64,000 nt of DNA, from positions 1,856,001 through 1,920,000 of the forward strand of contig CAWJSJ010000002.1 in NCBI GenBank assembly GCA_963845565.1, given 5' to 3'. This stretch comes from an uncultured Methylomirabilota bacterium. GTDB lineage: Bacteria; Methylomirabilota; Methylomirabilia; Methylomirabilales; 2-02-FULL-66-22. The notes under the pieces are model-generated. The model did not search any database. It saw only the letters and a list, made by a program, of their open reading frames with translations, and was not told the origin of the DNA. The translations under genes were made by a program, and so were the position numbers. Of the stretch, positions 51,273-60,045 are shown piece by piece (within the stretch, counting starts at the first letter, position 1; each line of letters starts with the position of its first letter).

Positions 51273-52346
51273 ATGCGACTCGTTCGAGTAGTGCGAGGCC
51301 TCTGTGTCACGGGCGTAATGGTAACGCTCTGGGGCTGCAACCAACCCCTGATACCGTTTTCGCTCGATACCCCACCGGTGGTCTTAACGCCGATCAGCTT
51401 CGCCAATATCACAGACGGACGTGCCCGATTCCGAGAGATCTACTGCGCGATCCGCGCGGACCACGGGATAGGGCTGCCAGAGGACCTCCCCTGTGACGAC
51501 GCCCTTGTCCGCCTACCGGGGGAGCCGCAGAGTACCGGGCGCCCGGTGAATCTACCAAGCGTCACCCGCTCCTTGCGCGTCGTCGTCGTTCCGGGCATTT
51601 TCGACGAATGCATCCGGAGGTATGTTCAGACCTTCTCCGATGGGCTAGCGCACCTGGAACGTCATGGCTGGCGCACCGGGTCCATACCGGTCAGCGGACG
51701 ATCCGGCACGGCCCACAACGCATCCCAGATCCGCGATTTCGTGTTGGGCTTGTCTTTAGCCGCGGAAGAACGCGTGCTCTTGGTGGCGTACTCCAAGGGC
51801 GCCGCAGATACCCTGGAGGCTCTGGGCCGGTATCCGGAGATGCTCCCACGCGTTGCGGCCATGGTTTCCGTCGCCGGCGCCATCGGGGGAAGTCCTCTCG
51901 CCGACGGTTACGTGCACCTCTATGAGCATCTCATGCGCGATCTGGAGGTGACGGACTGTCCAGCCGGTGACGGTCAAGGTATGGCCAGCATCACGCGGGC
52001 CGCACGCCAGAGCAGTCTGGCCCGGCAACCCCCCCCAGCGAGCGTGAAATACTTCTCGGTCGCAGGAATTCCAGGTCCGCAACGAATCTCGCGGGCGCTG
52101 CGCCCTTTTTACGAGCAGCTCGCACACGTGGACCCTCGGAGTGACGGCCAAGTGATATTCTTCGACGCGATCATCCCGGCGGGCACCCTGTTGGGGTTTC
52201 TGCGGGCAGATCACTGGGCGCTTGCCGTTCCGTTCTCGCGCAACGCGGGAGCATTGCCCTTCAGCGCCACCCTGATCGATCACAACGCATTCCCGCGCGA
52301 GGTCCTCCTGGAAACAATCGTCCGCTTTGTCGAGGAAGGATTCTGA
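51273..52346 (+). CDS. Alpha/beta-hydrolase (lipase-like) lipoprotein
   Basis: Lipobox LWGC; VVPG, AYSKG nucleophile elbow, GSPLAD, SDGQV, ADHW. Confidence 0.75.
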   Translation: MRLVRVVRGLCVTGVMVTLWGCNQPLIPFSLDTPPVVLTPISFANITDGRARFREIYCAIRADHGIGLPEDLPCDDALVRLPGEPQSTGRPVNLPSVTRSLRVVVVPGIFDECIRRYVQTFSDGLAHLERHGWRTGSIPVSGRSGTAHNASQIRDFVLGLSLAAEERVLLVAYSKGAADTLEALGRYPEMLPRVAAMVSVAGAIGGSPLADGYVHLYEHLMRDLEVTDCPAGDGQGMASITRAARQSSLARQPPPASVKYFSVAGIPGPQRISRALRPFYEQLAHVDPRSDGQVIFFDAIIPAGTLLGFLRADHWALAVPFSRNAGALPFSATLIDHNAFPREVLLETIVRFVEEGF

Positions 52347-52667
52347 GACGAGACGTTTTCTGCGTCTTTGCTCGGAGGCGAGCAACGAATCCCGCGAGGC
52401 AATTCCCAACCGTTCGATCTCTTCGGCTGGTGTCGATGACGTAACGCGCGACGGCCAGAATTGAATCTAATCAGTTGCCTGTGTTCAGCCAAGAGGTGTT
52501 GGAGGAGAGCCGCTGGTCTTGTATTGCCCGCGTTCACAGGTATGCTTTCTTATGGCGCTATTCTGCACGAAGTGGTAGATTCCTCCGATTCTTGGGCATG
52601 TACGACAAACGTCCCTTTCGGGCGGTGAGAGTGTTTTGTCGATTGGCCGGTATCCAGGGGGCGGGGA

Positions 52668-53132
52668 ATGCGGATCGGCCCGAACACGACGGTGACGATG
52701 GATTATGCCCTGCGGCTGGACTCCGGAGAGGTCGTGGACTCGTCCGAGGGCAAAGAGCCGCTGACCTTTGAGTTCGGACAGGAGGAGATCATTCCAGGCC
52801 TGGAGCGTGAGTTGGTGGGCATGCAGCGGGGCGACGCCAAAGAGATCCGCGTGGCGGCAGAGGACGCCTATGGCGCCCGCCGACCCGAAGCCGTCCAGGA
52901 GGTTCCGCTGGACCGCTTTCCCGAGGGTGTTACTCCGACGGTCGGGCTGCAGTTGGGTCTCCGAAATCCGCAGGGGGAAGAAATCCCCTTCATCGTCACC
53001 GGTGTATCCGACAGCCATGCCACGCTGGATTTCAATCATCCCCTGGCCGGGGAAGCACTTACCTTCGCGGTGACCGTGGTGGAGGTCCAGGCGAGCGGGG
53101 GCAGCCGGATCATCCTGCCCGGAGGGGCGTGA
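52668..53132 (+). CDS. FKBP-type peptidyl-prolyl isomerase (SlyD/FkpB-like, no His-rich tail)
   Basis: IIPGLE, DAYG, DFNHPLAG. Confidence 0.92.
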   Translation: MRIGPNTTVTMDYALRLDSGEVVDSSEGKEPLTFEFGQEEIIPGLERELVGMQRGDAKEIRVAAEDAYGARRPEAVQEVPLDRFPEGVTPTVGLQLGLRNPQGEEIPFIVTGVSDSHATLDFNHPLAGEALTFAVTVVEVQASGGSRIILPGGA

Positions 53133-53395
53133 TGCCAAAGCTGTCCGATAACAATCCTACCTCGGGCACTGCAGCGCCGGACCTCGACGAGATGCCTGGC
53201 CTTTGCCGCGTCTGCGGCAGGACGGTTCCGCGCCCCAGCGACCCGACGAGTTGTACGACGAGCCTCTGCAGCGAGGAATGCCTGGCCCGGGCGATCGTCG
53301 CGTACTGGGCCGCACTGGGCTCGCAGGCGCGCGTGAGCCTCCAGGACGGTTTCGCTCGCCTGGAAAGCCTGCCAGGGGTCCTTCCCAGCGCTTGA
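53132..53395 (+). CDS. Small putative zinc-binding protein
   Basis: CRVCG...CSEEC; start overlaps the slyD-like stop. Confidence 0.4.
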   Translation: MPKLSDNNPTSGTAAPDLDEMPGLCRVCGRTVPRPSDPTSCTTSLCSEECLARAIVAYWAALGSQARVSLQDGFARLESLPGVLPSA

Positions 53396-53541
53396 CAATC
53401 GGGGTCGCCCCCATCGTGCGCCGCCGCCGAGTCCTCCGATCCTTGCTGACGCCACGCCAGACACCAACAAACCGTAAGCCTTGGAGACGGACTCTCGGCA
53501 CTGAGCACCCCATCTGGACGTGATCGTGAGGAGGTTGCCGA

Positions 53542-54162
53542 GTGTTTGAGATTCAGAATTACGGCAGTTTCGTGTGCGCGATCCTGCTGTTTCAGGTGAT
53601 TCCTGGGCCGGGCACGCTCGCCATCCTCACCGCCACCGCGCGCAGCGGTATCGGGGCGGGGTGCGGTGCCGTGATGGGGACCCTCGTCGGCGACTTCGTA
53701 TACATGGTTGCCGCCGTTGTCGGCTTGGCCGCGGTCATGAACGCGAACCCGGTGTTCTTCCGCGCCCTGCAGTGGTTCGGCGTCGCGTACCTCTGCTGGA
53801 TCGGGGTGCAATTGCTTCGCGCCCGGCTCACCGGTGTCGGTACGGCGGCGGACTCGCGGAAGAGCGGCTGGATGTATTTCCGGCAGGCGTTCGCGGTGAG
53901 TCTCACGAACCCGAAGGTGATTCTGTTCTTCGTGGCGTTCTTTCCGCTCTTTCTGCGGGTGGATGCAACGCCCATCACGCTCGGCGCCATGATGGCTCAC
54001 GTCACCGTCATCAGTTTCTTGTATCAGTTAGGTTTGGTCCTGATCGGCAACGCGGCGGCGCGCGCGCTGTCGTCGCTGCCGGTCGCCCGCACGGCGGCGA
54101 CCCGCCTCGCGGGTCTGGCGCTCATCGGTTTCGGGGTCAAATTGGCGCTGAGCACTCGATAG
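53542..54162 (+). CDS. LysE/RhtB/LeuE family amino-acid exporter
   Basis: IPGPG, G..YL..IG, LTNPKVILFF; RBS GAGGAGG. Confidence 0.9.
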   Translation: MFEIQNYGSFVCAILLFQVIPGPGTLAILTATARSGIGAGCGAVMGTLVGDFVYMVAAVVGLAAVMNANPVFFRALQWFGVAYLCWIGVQLLRARLTGVGTAADSRKSGWMYFRQAFAVSLTNPKVILFFVAFFPLFLRVDATPITLGAMMAHVTVISFLYQLGLVLIGNAAARALSSLPVARTAATRLAGLALIGFGVKLALSTR

Positions 54163-54164
54163 CC

Positions 54165-54866
54165 ATGACGCTGATACGTCTTTTCATCGGCTGCACGCTC
54201 GGGTTCTTCGCCTCCGTCGGTGGGATCGCGGTAGCGACCGCACAGGTCCCGCCGTCCTCGGCCGAGACGGCCGATTACACCGGACTCTTGGCCGCAGCAG
54301 CGCGAGGCGACGCGGCGGGAATCCGCGCCCTAATCGCCAAAGGCGAGACGCCTGATGTCGCGGACGGCCGCGGCCGCACGCCGCTGCACGTCGCGGCGTA
54401 TGGTCATCACCACGACGCGATGCGCGCCCTGGTCGCGGCCGGGGCGAACCCGAATACCCTGGAAAACGACCGGTACGATATCGTCACCATCGCGGCGGTT
54501 GCCAACGACGTCCCGACGCTCACGCTGGCGCTCGCGCTGGGCGCGAGCGCCAAAAACGTCACCAGCCGCTACGACGGCACCGCACTGATCGCCGCCGCCC
54601 ATCTGGGCCACGCCGAGGTCGTCCGAACGCTCATCCGGGCGGGGGCACCGCTGGATCACGTGAACAACCTCGGCTGGACGGCGCTCATCGAATCCATCGT
54701 GCTCGGCGATGGCGGGCTGCGCCACACCGAGACGCTGAGGGCGCTGGTGGAGGCAGGCGCGAACCCGAATCTGGCAGATCGCACCGGGCAGACGCCGCTC
54801 TCGCTCGCGCGTGCGCGCGGGTATGAGCCGATGGTCCGGCTGCTTCTGCAGGCGGGGGCCCGGTGA
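54165..54866 (+). CDS. Secreted ankyrin-repeat protein
   Basis: Signal peptide; GRTPLHVAA, GTALIAAA, GWTALIE, GQTPLSLA. Confidence 0.88.
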   Translation: MTLIRLFIGCTLGFFASVGGIAVATAQVPPSSAETADYTGLLAAAARGDAAGIRALIAKGETPDVADGRGRTPLHVAAYGHHHDAMRALVAAGANPNTLENDRYDIVTIAAVANDVPTLTLALALGASAKNVTSRYDGTALIAAAHLGHAEVVRTLIRAGAPLDHVNNLGWTALIESIVLGDGGLRHTETLRALVEAGANPNLADRTGQTPLSLARARGYEPMVRLLLQAGAR

Positions 54867-54886
54867 CCGGATGATCGGGGACTTCG

Positions 54887-54988
54887 TTAGGAGCCGTTAC
54901 GAAATAACCTAGACATCTCTTTCTATTTCGTTACGGCTCCTTATGCCGTTTCGGAATGTCTCCGCTCAACTAATTCTTTGACAACGGC
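54887..54988. repeat. Family-2 double-hairpin repeat (unit B 54887-54943 + unit A 54945-54988)
   Basis: Reverse complement of 59945-60045 apart from loop regions. Confidence 0.85.
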
Positions 54989-55006
54989 TTGCTCGAGGGG
55001 CAGGCG

Positions 55007-55050
55007 GCCGTTTCCGGAACTTCTCCGGTCACGTTATTGTTTGCAACGGC
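55007..55050. repeat. Family-2 unit A, extra copy
   Basis: GCCGTTTCCGGAACTTCTCCGGTCACGTTATTGTTTGCAACGGC aligns with 54945-54988; abuts the AKR stop codon. Confidence 0.75.
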
Positions 55051-56052
55051 TCACCGGATGCGCGCCTTCATCCAGTCGTTGGTGCTGTGGAAGTCGGCGA
55101 TGGCGTTGCCGGGGTGGACCAGGGCGTCGAAGAGCGGGCGGTCGGTCTCGGCGAGCCGTCGCTCCATAACCGGGAGCGCCTCCTCCAAATGTGCGAGGGT
55201 CCGAGGACCGACGATCGGGGAGGTCACGGCCGGCTGGTCCTTGACCCAGAGGAGGGCCAACTGCGCGGCGGTCATGCCGCGCTCGCGGGCCATCGCGGCG
55301 ACGTGCCCTGCCACCTCGGCGGCGGACCGATTCAGGCGGTGCGTGAACTTGTCCCCCCAGCGAGCGGCGCGGGAGTCCTGCGGGAGGTCGTTCCCGGCAT
55401 GGTAGCGTCCGGCCAGAATCCCACCCGCGATAGGCGACCACGGGAGGATCGCCAGCCCGTACTTCACGCACAGAGGAATCAGTTCGTTTTCGATGCGCCG
55501 ATCGAGCAGGTTGTACGGCGGTTGCTCGCTCACGTAGCGTGCCAGGCCGTGCCGGTCGCTCGCGGCCAGGGCCTCCATCACCATCCAGGCGGGATGGGTG
55601 GAGCAGCCGATGTAGAGCACCTTGCCCGAACGGACCAGATCGTCCAAGGCGCGCAGCGTCTCGTCCGGCGGGATGGCGAGCGGCGGCCGGTGAAGCTGGT
55701 ACAGATCGATATGGTCGGTTTGGAGCCGGCGCAGCGAGTCCTCGCAGGCCCGCAGGATATGATAGCGCGATCCACCCTGCTCGTTGGGACCCTCGCCCAT
55801 CTTGCCGTGCACCTTGGTCGCCAGGATCACCCGGTTTCGGCGCCCGTCCTGTTTCAGCGCTGTGCCGACGATCCGCTCGCTCTCGCCGGCGTTGTAGACG
55901 TTGGCCGTGTCGATGATGTTGACGCCGGCCTCGAGCGCTCGGCCAATGATGGCGAACGACTCCGACCTGTCGGTCGGCCCGCCGAAATTCATCGCCCCGA
56001 GGCAGAGGGGCGACACCATCACGCCCGTGCGTCCCAGCGATCGGTACTCCAT
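55051..56052 (-). CDS. Aldo/keto reductase
   Basis: LGRTG, DTANVY, SLRRLQTDHIDLYQLH, QPPYNLL, WSPIAGG. Confidence 0.93.
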   Translation of the reverse strand: MEYRSLGRTGVMVSPLCLGAMNFGGPTDRSESFAIIGRALEAGVNIIDTANVYNAGESERIVGTALKQDGRRNRVILATKVHGKMGEGPNEQGGSRYHILRACEDSLRRLQTDHIDLYQLHRPPLAIPPDETLRALDDLVRSGKVLYIGCSTHPAWMVMEALAASDRHGLARYVSEQPPYNLLDRRIENELIPLCVKYGLAILPWSPIAGGILAGRYHAGNDLPQDSRAARWGDKFTHRLNRSAAEVAGHVAAMARERGMTAAQLALLWVKDQPAVTSPIVGPRTLAHLEEALPVMERRLAETDRPLFDALVHPGNAIADFHSTNDWMKARIR

Positions 56053-56066
56053 GGTGGACTCCCTCG

Positions 56067-56236
56067 CAGGCTGCTGAAAAAGGCCCATCTGCTGCGTTGG
56101 CACGCTCGGGCGCTCGCTGCGGCGTACCTGGAGTACGCCTCGACCCACCTTCGGCGGGTGCCCCGCCCTTTGCGTTCCGCCTTGCATCTGGACCGTTTTG
56201 AGCAGCCTGGGCAAACGCGGATTTTTCCGCTTCCTG
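56067..56236 (+). repeat. Family-1 palindromic repeat copy 6 with tail, nested mini-hairpin at 56142-56164
   Basis: CAGGCTGCTGAAAAAGGCCCATCTGC...TTTTGAGCAGCCTG...TTTTTCCGCTTCCTG; abuts the SDR TAA. Confidence 0.88.
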
Positions 56237-57004
56237 TTAGCGCGACGAGATGCCGCCGTCGATGACCAGCTCGCTGCCGGTCATGTACCGCGCCTCGTCG
56301 GATGCGAGGTACACGATCCCATACGCGATATCCTCGGGCACGGCCAGGACGCCGAGCGGGGTCAGGTCGATGCGGTGTTGGCGCGCTTCGGGTTTCGAGT
56401 GGAGGTCCTTGGTCATCCCCGTCTCGACGAAACCGGGAAAGACGCTGTTGACCCGGATCTTCTCCTTGGCGTACTGGACCGCGGCCATCTTGGTGAGGGC
56501 CCGCGTGGCCCCCTTGCCCGCCGCGTAGGCGGTGGCCAGCACGTCCCCGATCATGGTGTAGATAGACACCACGTTGACAATGGAGCCCCCGCCCGTTCTC
56601 CGCATGAGCGGAATGGCGTGCTTCATGCCGAAGAGGGGCCCCTTGGCGTTGATGGCGAAGGAGACATCCATCGCCTCTTCGGTGGTGTGCTCCACGGGCG
56701 GCCGGATGAGGACGCCGCCCCGGCCGGCGTTGTTCACCAGGATGTCCAGGCGCCCCCAGCGGCCGTCCACGGTCTTCATCGTCTCGACCCACTGCGTCTC
56801 CTGGCTGACGTCGAGGTGCTGGTAGAGGACGTCGGCTCCGGTGTTCCGCAGCTCCGCCTCGATGGCTGTGCCGCCGGCGTCGCTGATGTCCGCGAGGACA
56901 AGCCCACGGACGCCTTCCCGCACGAACAGGCGGCAGGTCGCCTCACCGATTCCCGAGGCACCACCCGTGACGATCGCCACCTTTCCTGCCAGTCGTCCGG
57001 CCAT
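56237..57004 (-). CDS. SDR oxidoreductase (cyclopentanol/3-hydroxysteroid dehydrogenase-like)
   Basis: TGGASGIG, NNAG, YAAGK, TGSELVIDGG. Confidence 0.9.
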   Translation of the reverse strand: MAGRLAGKVAIVTGGASGIGEATCRLFVREGVRGLVLADISDAGGTAIEAELRNTGADVLYQHLDVSQETQWVETMKTVDGRWGRLDILVNNAGRGGVLIRPPVEHTTEEAMDVSFAINAKGPLFGMKHAIPLMRRTGGGSIVNVVSIYTMIGDVLATAYAAGKGATRALTKMAAVQYAKEKIRVNSVFPGFVETGMTKDLHSKPEARQHRIDLTPLGVLAVPEDIAYGIVYLASDEARYMTGSELVIDGGISSR

Positions 57005-57020
57005 GCTCTTGTCTCCTTGG

Positions 57021-57145
57021 CAGGCTGCTGAAAAAGGCCCATCTGCTTCGTTGGCTCGCTTAGGCGCTCGTTGCGGCGTACCTGAAGTACGCCTCACTCG
57101 GCCTTGTGTTTGCCGCCTTGCATCTGGGCCCTTTTGAGCAGCCTG
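57021..57145 (+). repeat. Family-1 palindromic repeat copy 7
   Basis: CAGGCTGCTGAAAAAGGCCCATCTGC...GCATCTGGGCCCTTTTGAGCAGCCTG. Confidence 0.88.
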
Positions 57146-57221
57146 CGCGAAAATGGGTTCGTCAGTATCTCCTCCGGGCACTGTCCGTCGGTTCGCACAC
57201 CGTTCGGTGAATCGAGCTTTT

Positions 57222-57256
57222 CAATCGGCAATCGACAGTCTGCAATCAGCAATGCT
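57222..57256. repeat. Degenerate heptamer tandem repeat (5x CAATCnn)
   Basis: CAATCGG CAATCGA CAGTCTG CAATCAG CAATGCT directly after the E1 stop. Confidence 0.65.
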
Positions 57257-57257
57257 C

Positions 57258-59723
57258 TCAGACCCCCTCACGTGCGGCCCGCAGTCGCGCCGCGGGCGAG
57301 CAGTCGGTCGTCGGCCGATACCCGGGGAGGGGCCGGAGCTGGGTGTGGACGGCATCCAAGAGCCAGCTCGGCTGCGGGAAGAAGAGGTCTTCCTGCTCGG
57401 CTGCCGGCGTGATCCAGTTCTGCGCGCCCACCACGACCACCGGGGCGTCCAGATCGTGGAACGCCAGCTCCTGGATGGTGGTCGCCAGGGTGTGGAGATA
57501 GCTTCCTCGCGTGCAGGCGTCGGAAGCGAGCAGGATCCGGCCGGTTTTCTTGACGGACTCCAGCACGGGGGCGTAGTCGAACGGCACCAGACTCCGGGCA
57601 TCGAGGAGTTCGGCCGACAGGCCAAACTCCTTCTGGAGTCGGTCGGCGGCCTCGACGGCCCGGTACAGCGTCGAGCCGACGGTGAGGATGGTGAGGTCGG
57701 TGCCGGGGCGCTTGACATCCGGCACGCCGAGGGGAACGGTGTACGGGTCGGCCGGCACCTCCGGCTGGAACCATTCAGTGATGCCGTAGAGCCGCTGGCT
57801 CTCGAAGAAGACCACCGGGTCGGTCCCCGCCAATGCGGCAGTCATGAGGCCTTTGGCATCGTAGGGGGTGGCCGGGAACACCACCTGGAGGCCGGGAATG
57901 TGGGCTGTCATGGCGCTCCAGTCTTGCGAATGCTGGGCGCCGTACTTGCTGCCGACGCTGACGCGGAGTACCACGGGCATCCGGAGGACCCCCGCGGACA
58001 TGGCTTGCCACTTGGAGAGTTGATTGAAGATCTCGTCGCCCGCCCGCCCCAGGAAGTCGCAGTACATCAATTCGACCAGGGGCCGTCCCCCTTCCATGGC
58101 GCAACCGACGGCCGTGCCGACGATCGCGCCTTCGGAAATGGGCGCGTTGAAGAGCCGGTGATACGGAAGGCTCTCGGTCAAGCCGCGGTACACGGCAAAG
58201 GCGCCGTCCCAGTCCCGGTTTTCCTCGCCGTAGATGACCAGTCGGGGGTCATGGTAGGCGCGGTGGATGACGGCCTCGAAGATGGCGTCGCGGAACGAGA
58301 CGGCCTTGGATTCGGAGAGGCGTTCGCCGGTGGTGGGGTCGAGGCCGGAGCGACGCTTCTTGGCGATCTGCTGGACCCGGCTGTTCTCGGCCTGCGGCTT
58401 CCGCACCGCGTCCGGGGGGAGCGCCGGCAGAGGTTCGGTCGACGCCTGGGGGAACGTCACCTCGGCGATGGCCGGTCCCGTCAGGCGCGGGGAGATCGTG
58501 AGGTTGCTCGCCAACCGGCACGCCATGCGGATCTGCTCGCCGGCGGAAGCCACGATCGCGTCCAGTGCCGTCTCGGGGGCCGCCTGAGCCGCCAGGATCT
58601 GCCGCTTGAACTCCTGAATGGCGTCCACGGCCTTCCAGGCGTCGAGCTCTTCCCGGGTTCGGTACGAGCTGGCATCACTGGGAGAGTGGCCGCTCTGTCG
58701 GTAGGTGATGATGTCCAGCAGAACCGGGCCTTCGCCCTTGGCCAGGACCTCTTTCTTCCGGCGGATGGCGTCGATCACCGCCAGCGGGTTGTTCCCGTCC
58801 ACCGTCTCAGCGTGGAAGTTCCATCGGTTCAGGCCGGCGGCGATGGTGGAGAGGCGCTCGAACCCCATCGTCTCGCCTCGGGTCTGGCCGCCCATCCCGT
58901 AGAAGTTGTTCATGAAGGCGAAGATGATGGGCAGGCCGCCCCGGTAGGCCGGCTCCCACAAGGTCCAGTACTGCCCCATGGTCGCGAAGTGCATCCCTTC
59001 CCAGACCGGGCCGCAGCCGGCCGATGCGTCTCCGATGTTGGCAATCGTGATCCCGGGCTGCCGCTGCGTCTTCTTCGCCAGCGCCGAGCCCACCGCGATG
59101 TCTCCGCTGCCGCCCACGATGGCGTTGTTGGGATAGATCCCGAAGGGAGGGAAGAAGGCGTGCATGGAGCCGCCCAGGCCCCGGTTGAAGCCGGTGGCGC
59201 GAGCGAAGATCTCCGCCAGCAGGCCGTAGAGCAAATAGTGGATCGCCCGCTCCTTCCCGTCGCGTGCGGGCTCCTTTTCCACCACCCGGAGCGTGTCTCC
59301 GCCGAGATAGGACTCCATGATCCGCTGGAGATCCGTCTCGTTCAGTTGGTGGATGGCCGCCAGGCCCTTGGCCAGGATCTCGCCGTGACTCCGGTGGCTA
59401 CCGAAGATGTGATCGTCCACCGTCAGGAGGAATGCCTCGCCCACGGCGGCGGCTTCCTGCCCGATCGAAAGGTGGGCGGGGCCCTGGTGGACGTACGCGA
59501 CGTCGCGGTACTTTCCCTGCCGCTTGATCTCGTCCAGCATGGTCTCGAACTCGCGGATGAGGACCATGTCGCGATAGAGCCGGAGGGCGTCCGCCGGGGT
59601 GAGTACGCCCGTCGCCAGTTCGTCGGCGAGGGTGCGGCGGTAGTGGTTGACCGGGATGGTGCCGAGGGTGAGGGTGTCCGTCTGTCGGACCTCGGCGGGG
59701 GAGATGATCAGTTGCTTGACCAT
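57258..59723 (-). CDS. Fused alpha/beta E1 component of a ThDP-dependent 2-oxoacid/acetoin dehydrogenase
   Basis: HLSIGQEA, GSHRSHG, GGSMH, GDAS, YRQSGHS.SD, PISE..IVG, AQHSQ, PVVFFE. Confidence 0.88.
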   Translation of the reverse strand: MVKQLIISPAEVRQTDTLTLGTIPVNHYRRTLADELATGVLTPADALRLYRDMVLIREFETMLDEIKRQGKYRDVAYVHQGPAHLSIGQEAAAVGEAFLLTVDDHIFGSHRSHGEILAKGLAAIHQLNETDLQRIMESYLGGDTLRVVEKEPARDGKERAIHYLLYGLLAEIFARATGFNRGLGGSMHAFFPPFGIYPNNAIVGGSGDIAVGSALAKKTQRQPGITIANIGDASAGCGPVWEGMHFATMGQYWTLWEPAYRGGLPIIFAFMNNFYGMGGQTRGETMGFERLSTIAAGLNRWNFHAETVDGNNPLAVIDAIRRKKEVLAKGEGPVLLDIITYRQSGHSPSDASSYRTREELDAWKAVDAIQEFKRQILAAQAAPETALDAIVASAGEQIRMACRLASNLTISPRLTGPAIAEVTFPQASTEPLPALPPDAVRKPQAENSRVQQIAKKRRSGLDPTTGERLSESKAVSFRDAIFEAVIHRAYHDPRLVIYGEENRDWDGAFAVYRGLTESLPYHRLFNAPISEGAIVGTAVGCAMEGGRPLVELMYCDFLGRAGDEIFNQLSKWQAMSAGVLRMPVVLRVSVGSKYGAQHSQDWSAMTAHIPGLQVVFPATPYDAKGLMTAALAGTDPVVFFESQRLYGITEWFQPEVPADPYTVPLGVPDVKRPGTDLTILTVGSTLYRAVEAADRLQKEFGLSAELLDARSLVPFDYAPVLESVKKTGRILLASDACTRGSYLHTLATTIQELAFHDLDAPVVVVGAQNWITPAAEQEDLFFPQPSWLLDAVHTQLRPLPGYRPTTDCSPAARLRAAREGV

Positions 59724-59944
59724 GGCGTTTGCGCTCCGTTCGGTTTGGGGGGTTCCATAATCGAAGACTGCCGCGCGGCAATCGAAGGGGCCCCCGATGC
59801 GGCCCCTCTGCGCAGAATAATCGCACAGATGACGACAGTGGATCAAGAATTTCAGGGCGAAGGTCAACTCGACCGGACAGGCAGAGATCTCTTGCAGCCA
59901 TCGTCCGTGGCGGTGCTTCTGCCTCGTGGGGTCGCCCCGCTTAC

Positions 59945-60045
59945 GCCGTTGTCAAAGAATAACTTGACCGGAGACATTCTGGAAACGGCATAAGGAGCCG
60001 TAACGAAATTACAAAATGGCCAAGTAATTTCGTAACGGCTCCTAA
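59945..60045. repeat. Family-2 double-hairpin repeat (unit A 59945-59989 + unit B 59991-60045), inverted copy
   Basis: TAAGGAGCCGTAACGAAAT...ATTTCGTAACGGCTCCTAA; overlaps the glgA TAG. Confidence 0.85.

Noticed and set aside
52347..52667. Lower-GC intergenic stretch, possible pseudogene or ncRNA
   Set aside because: No recognisable protein motif or convincing extended structure by eye
53400..53520. Possible attenuator or riboswitch upstream of the LysE exporter (GCCGAGTCC...GGACTCTCGGC pairing)
   Set aside because: No leader peptide with an amino-acid run, no U-tract and no known aptamer motif; too weak to call
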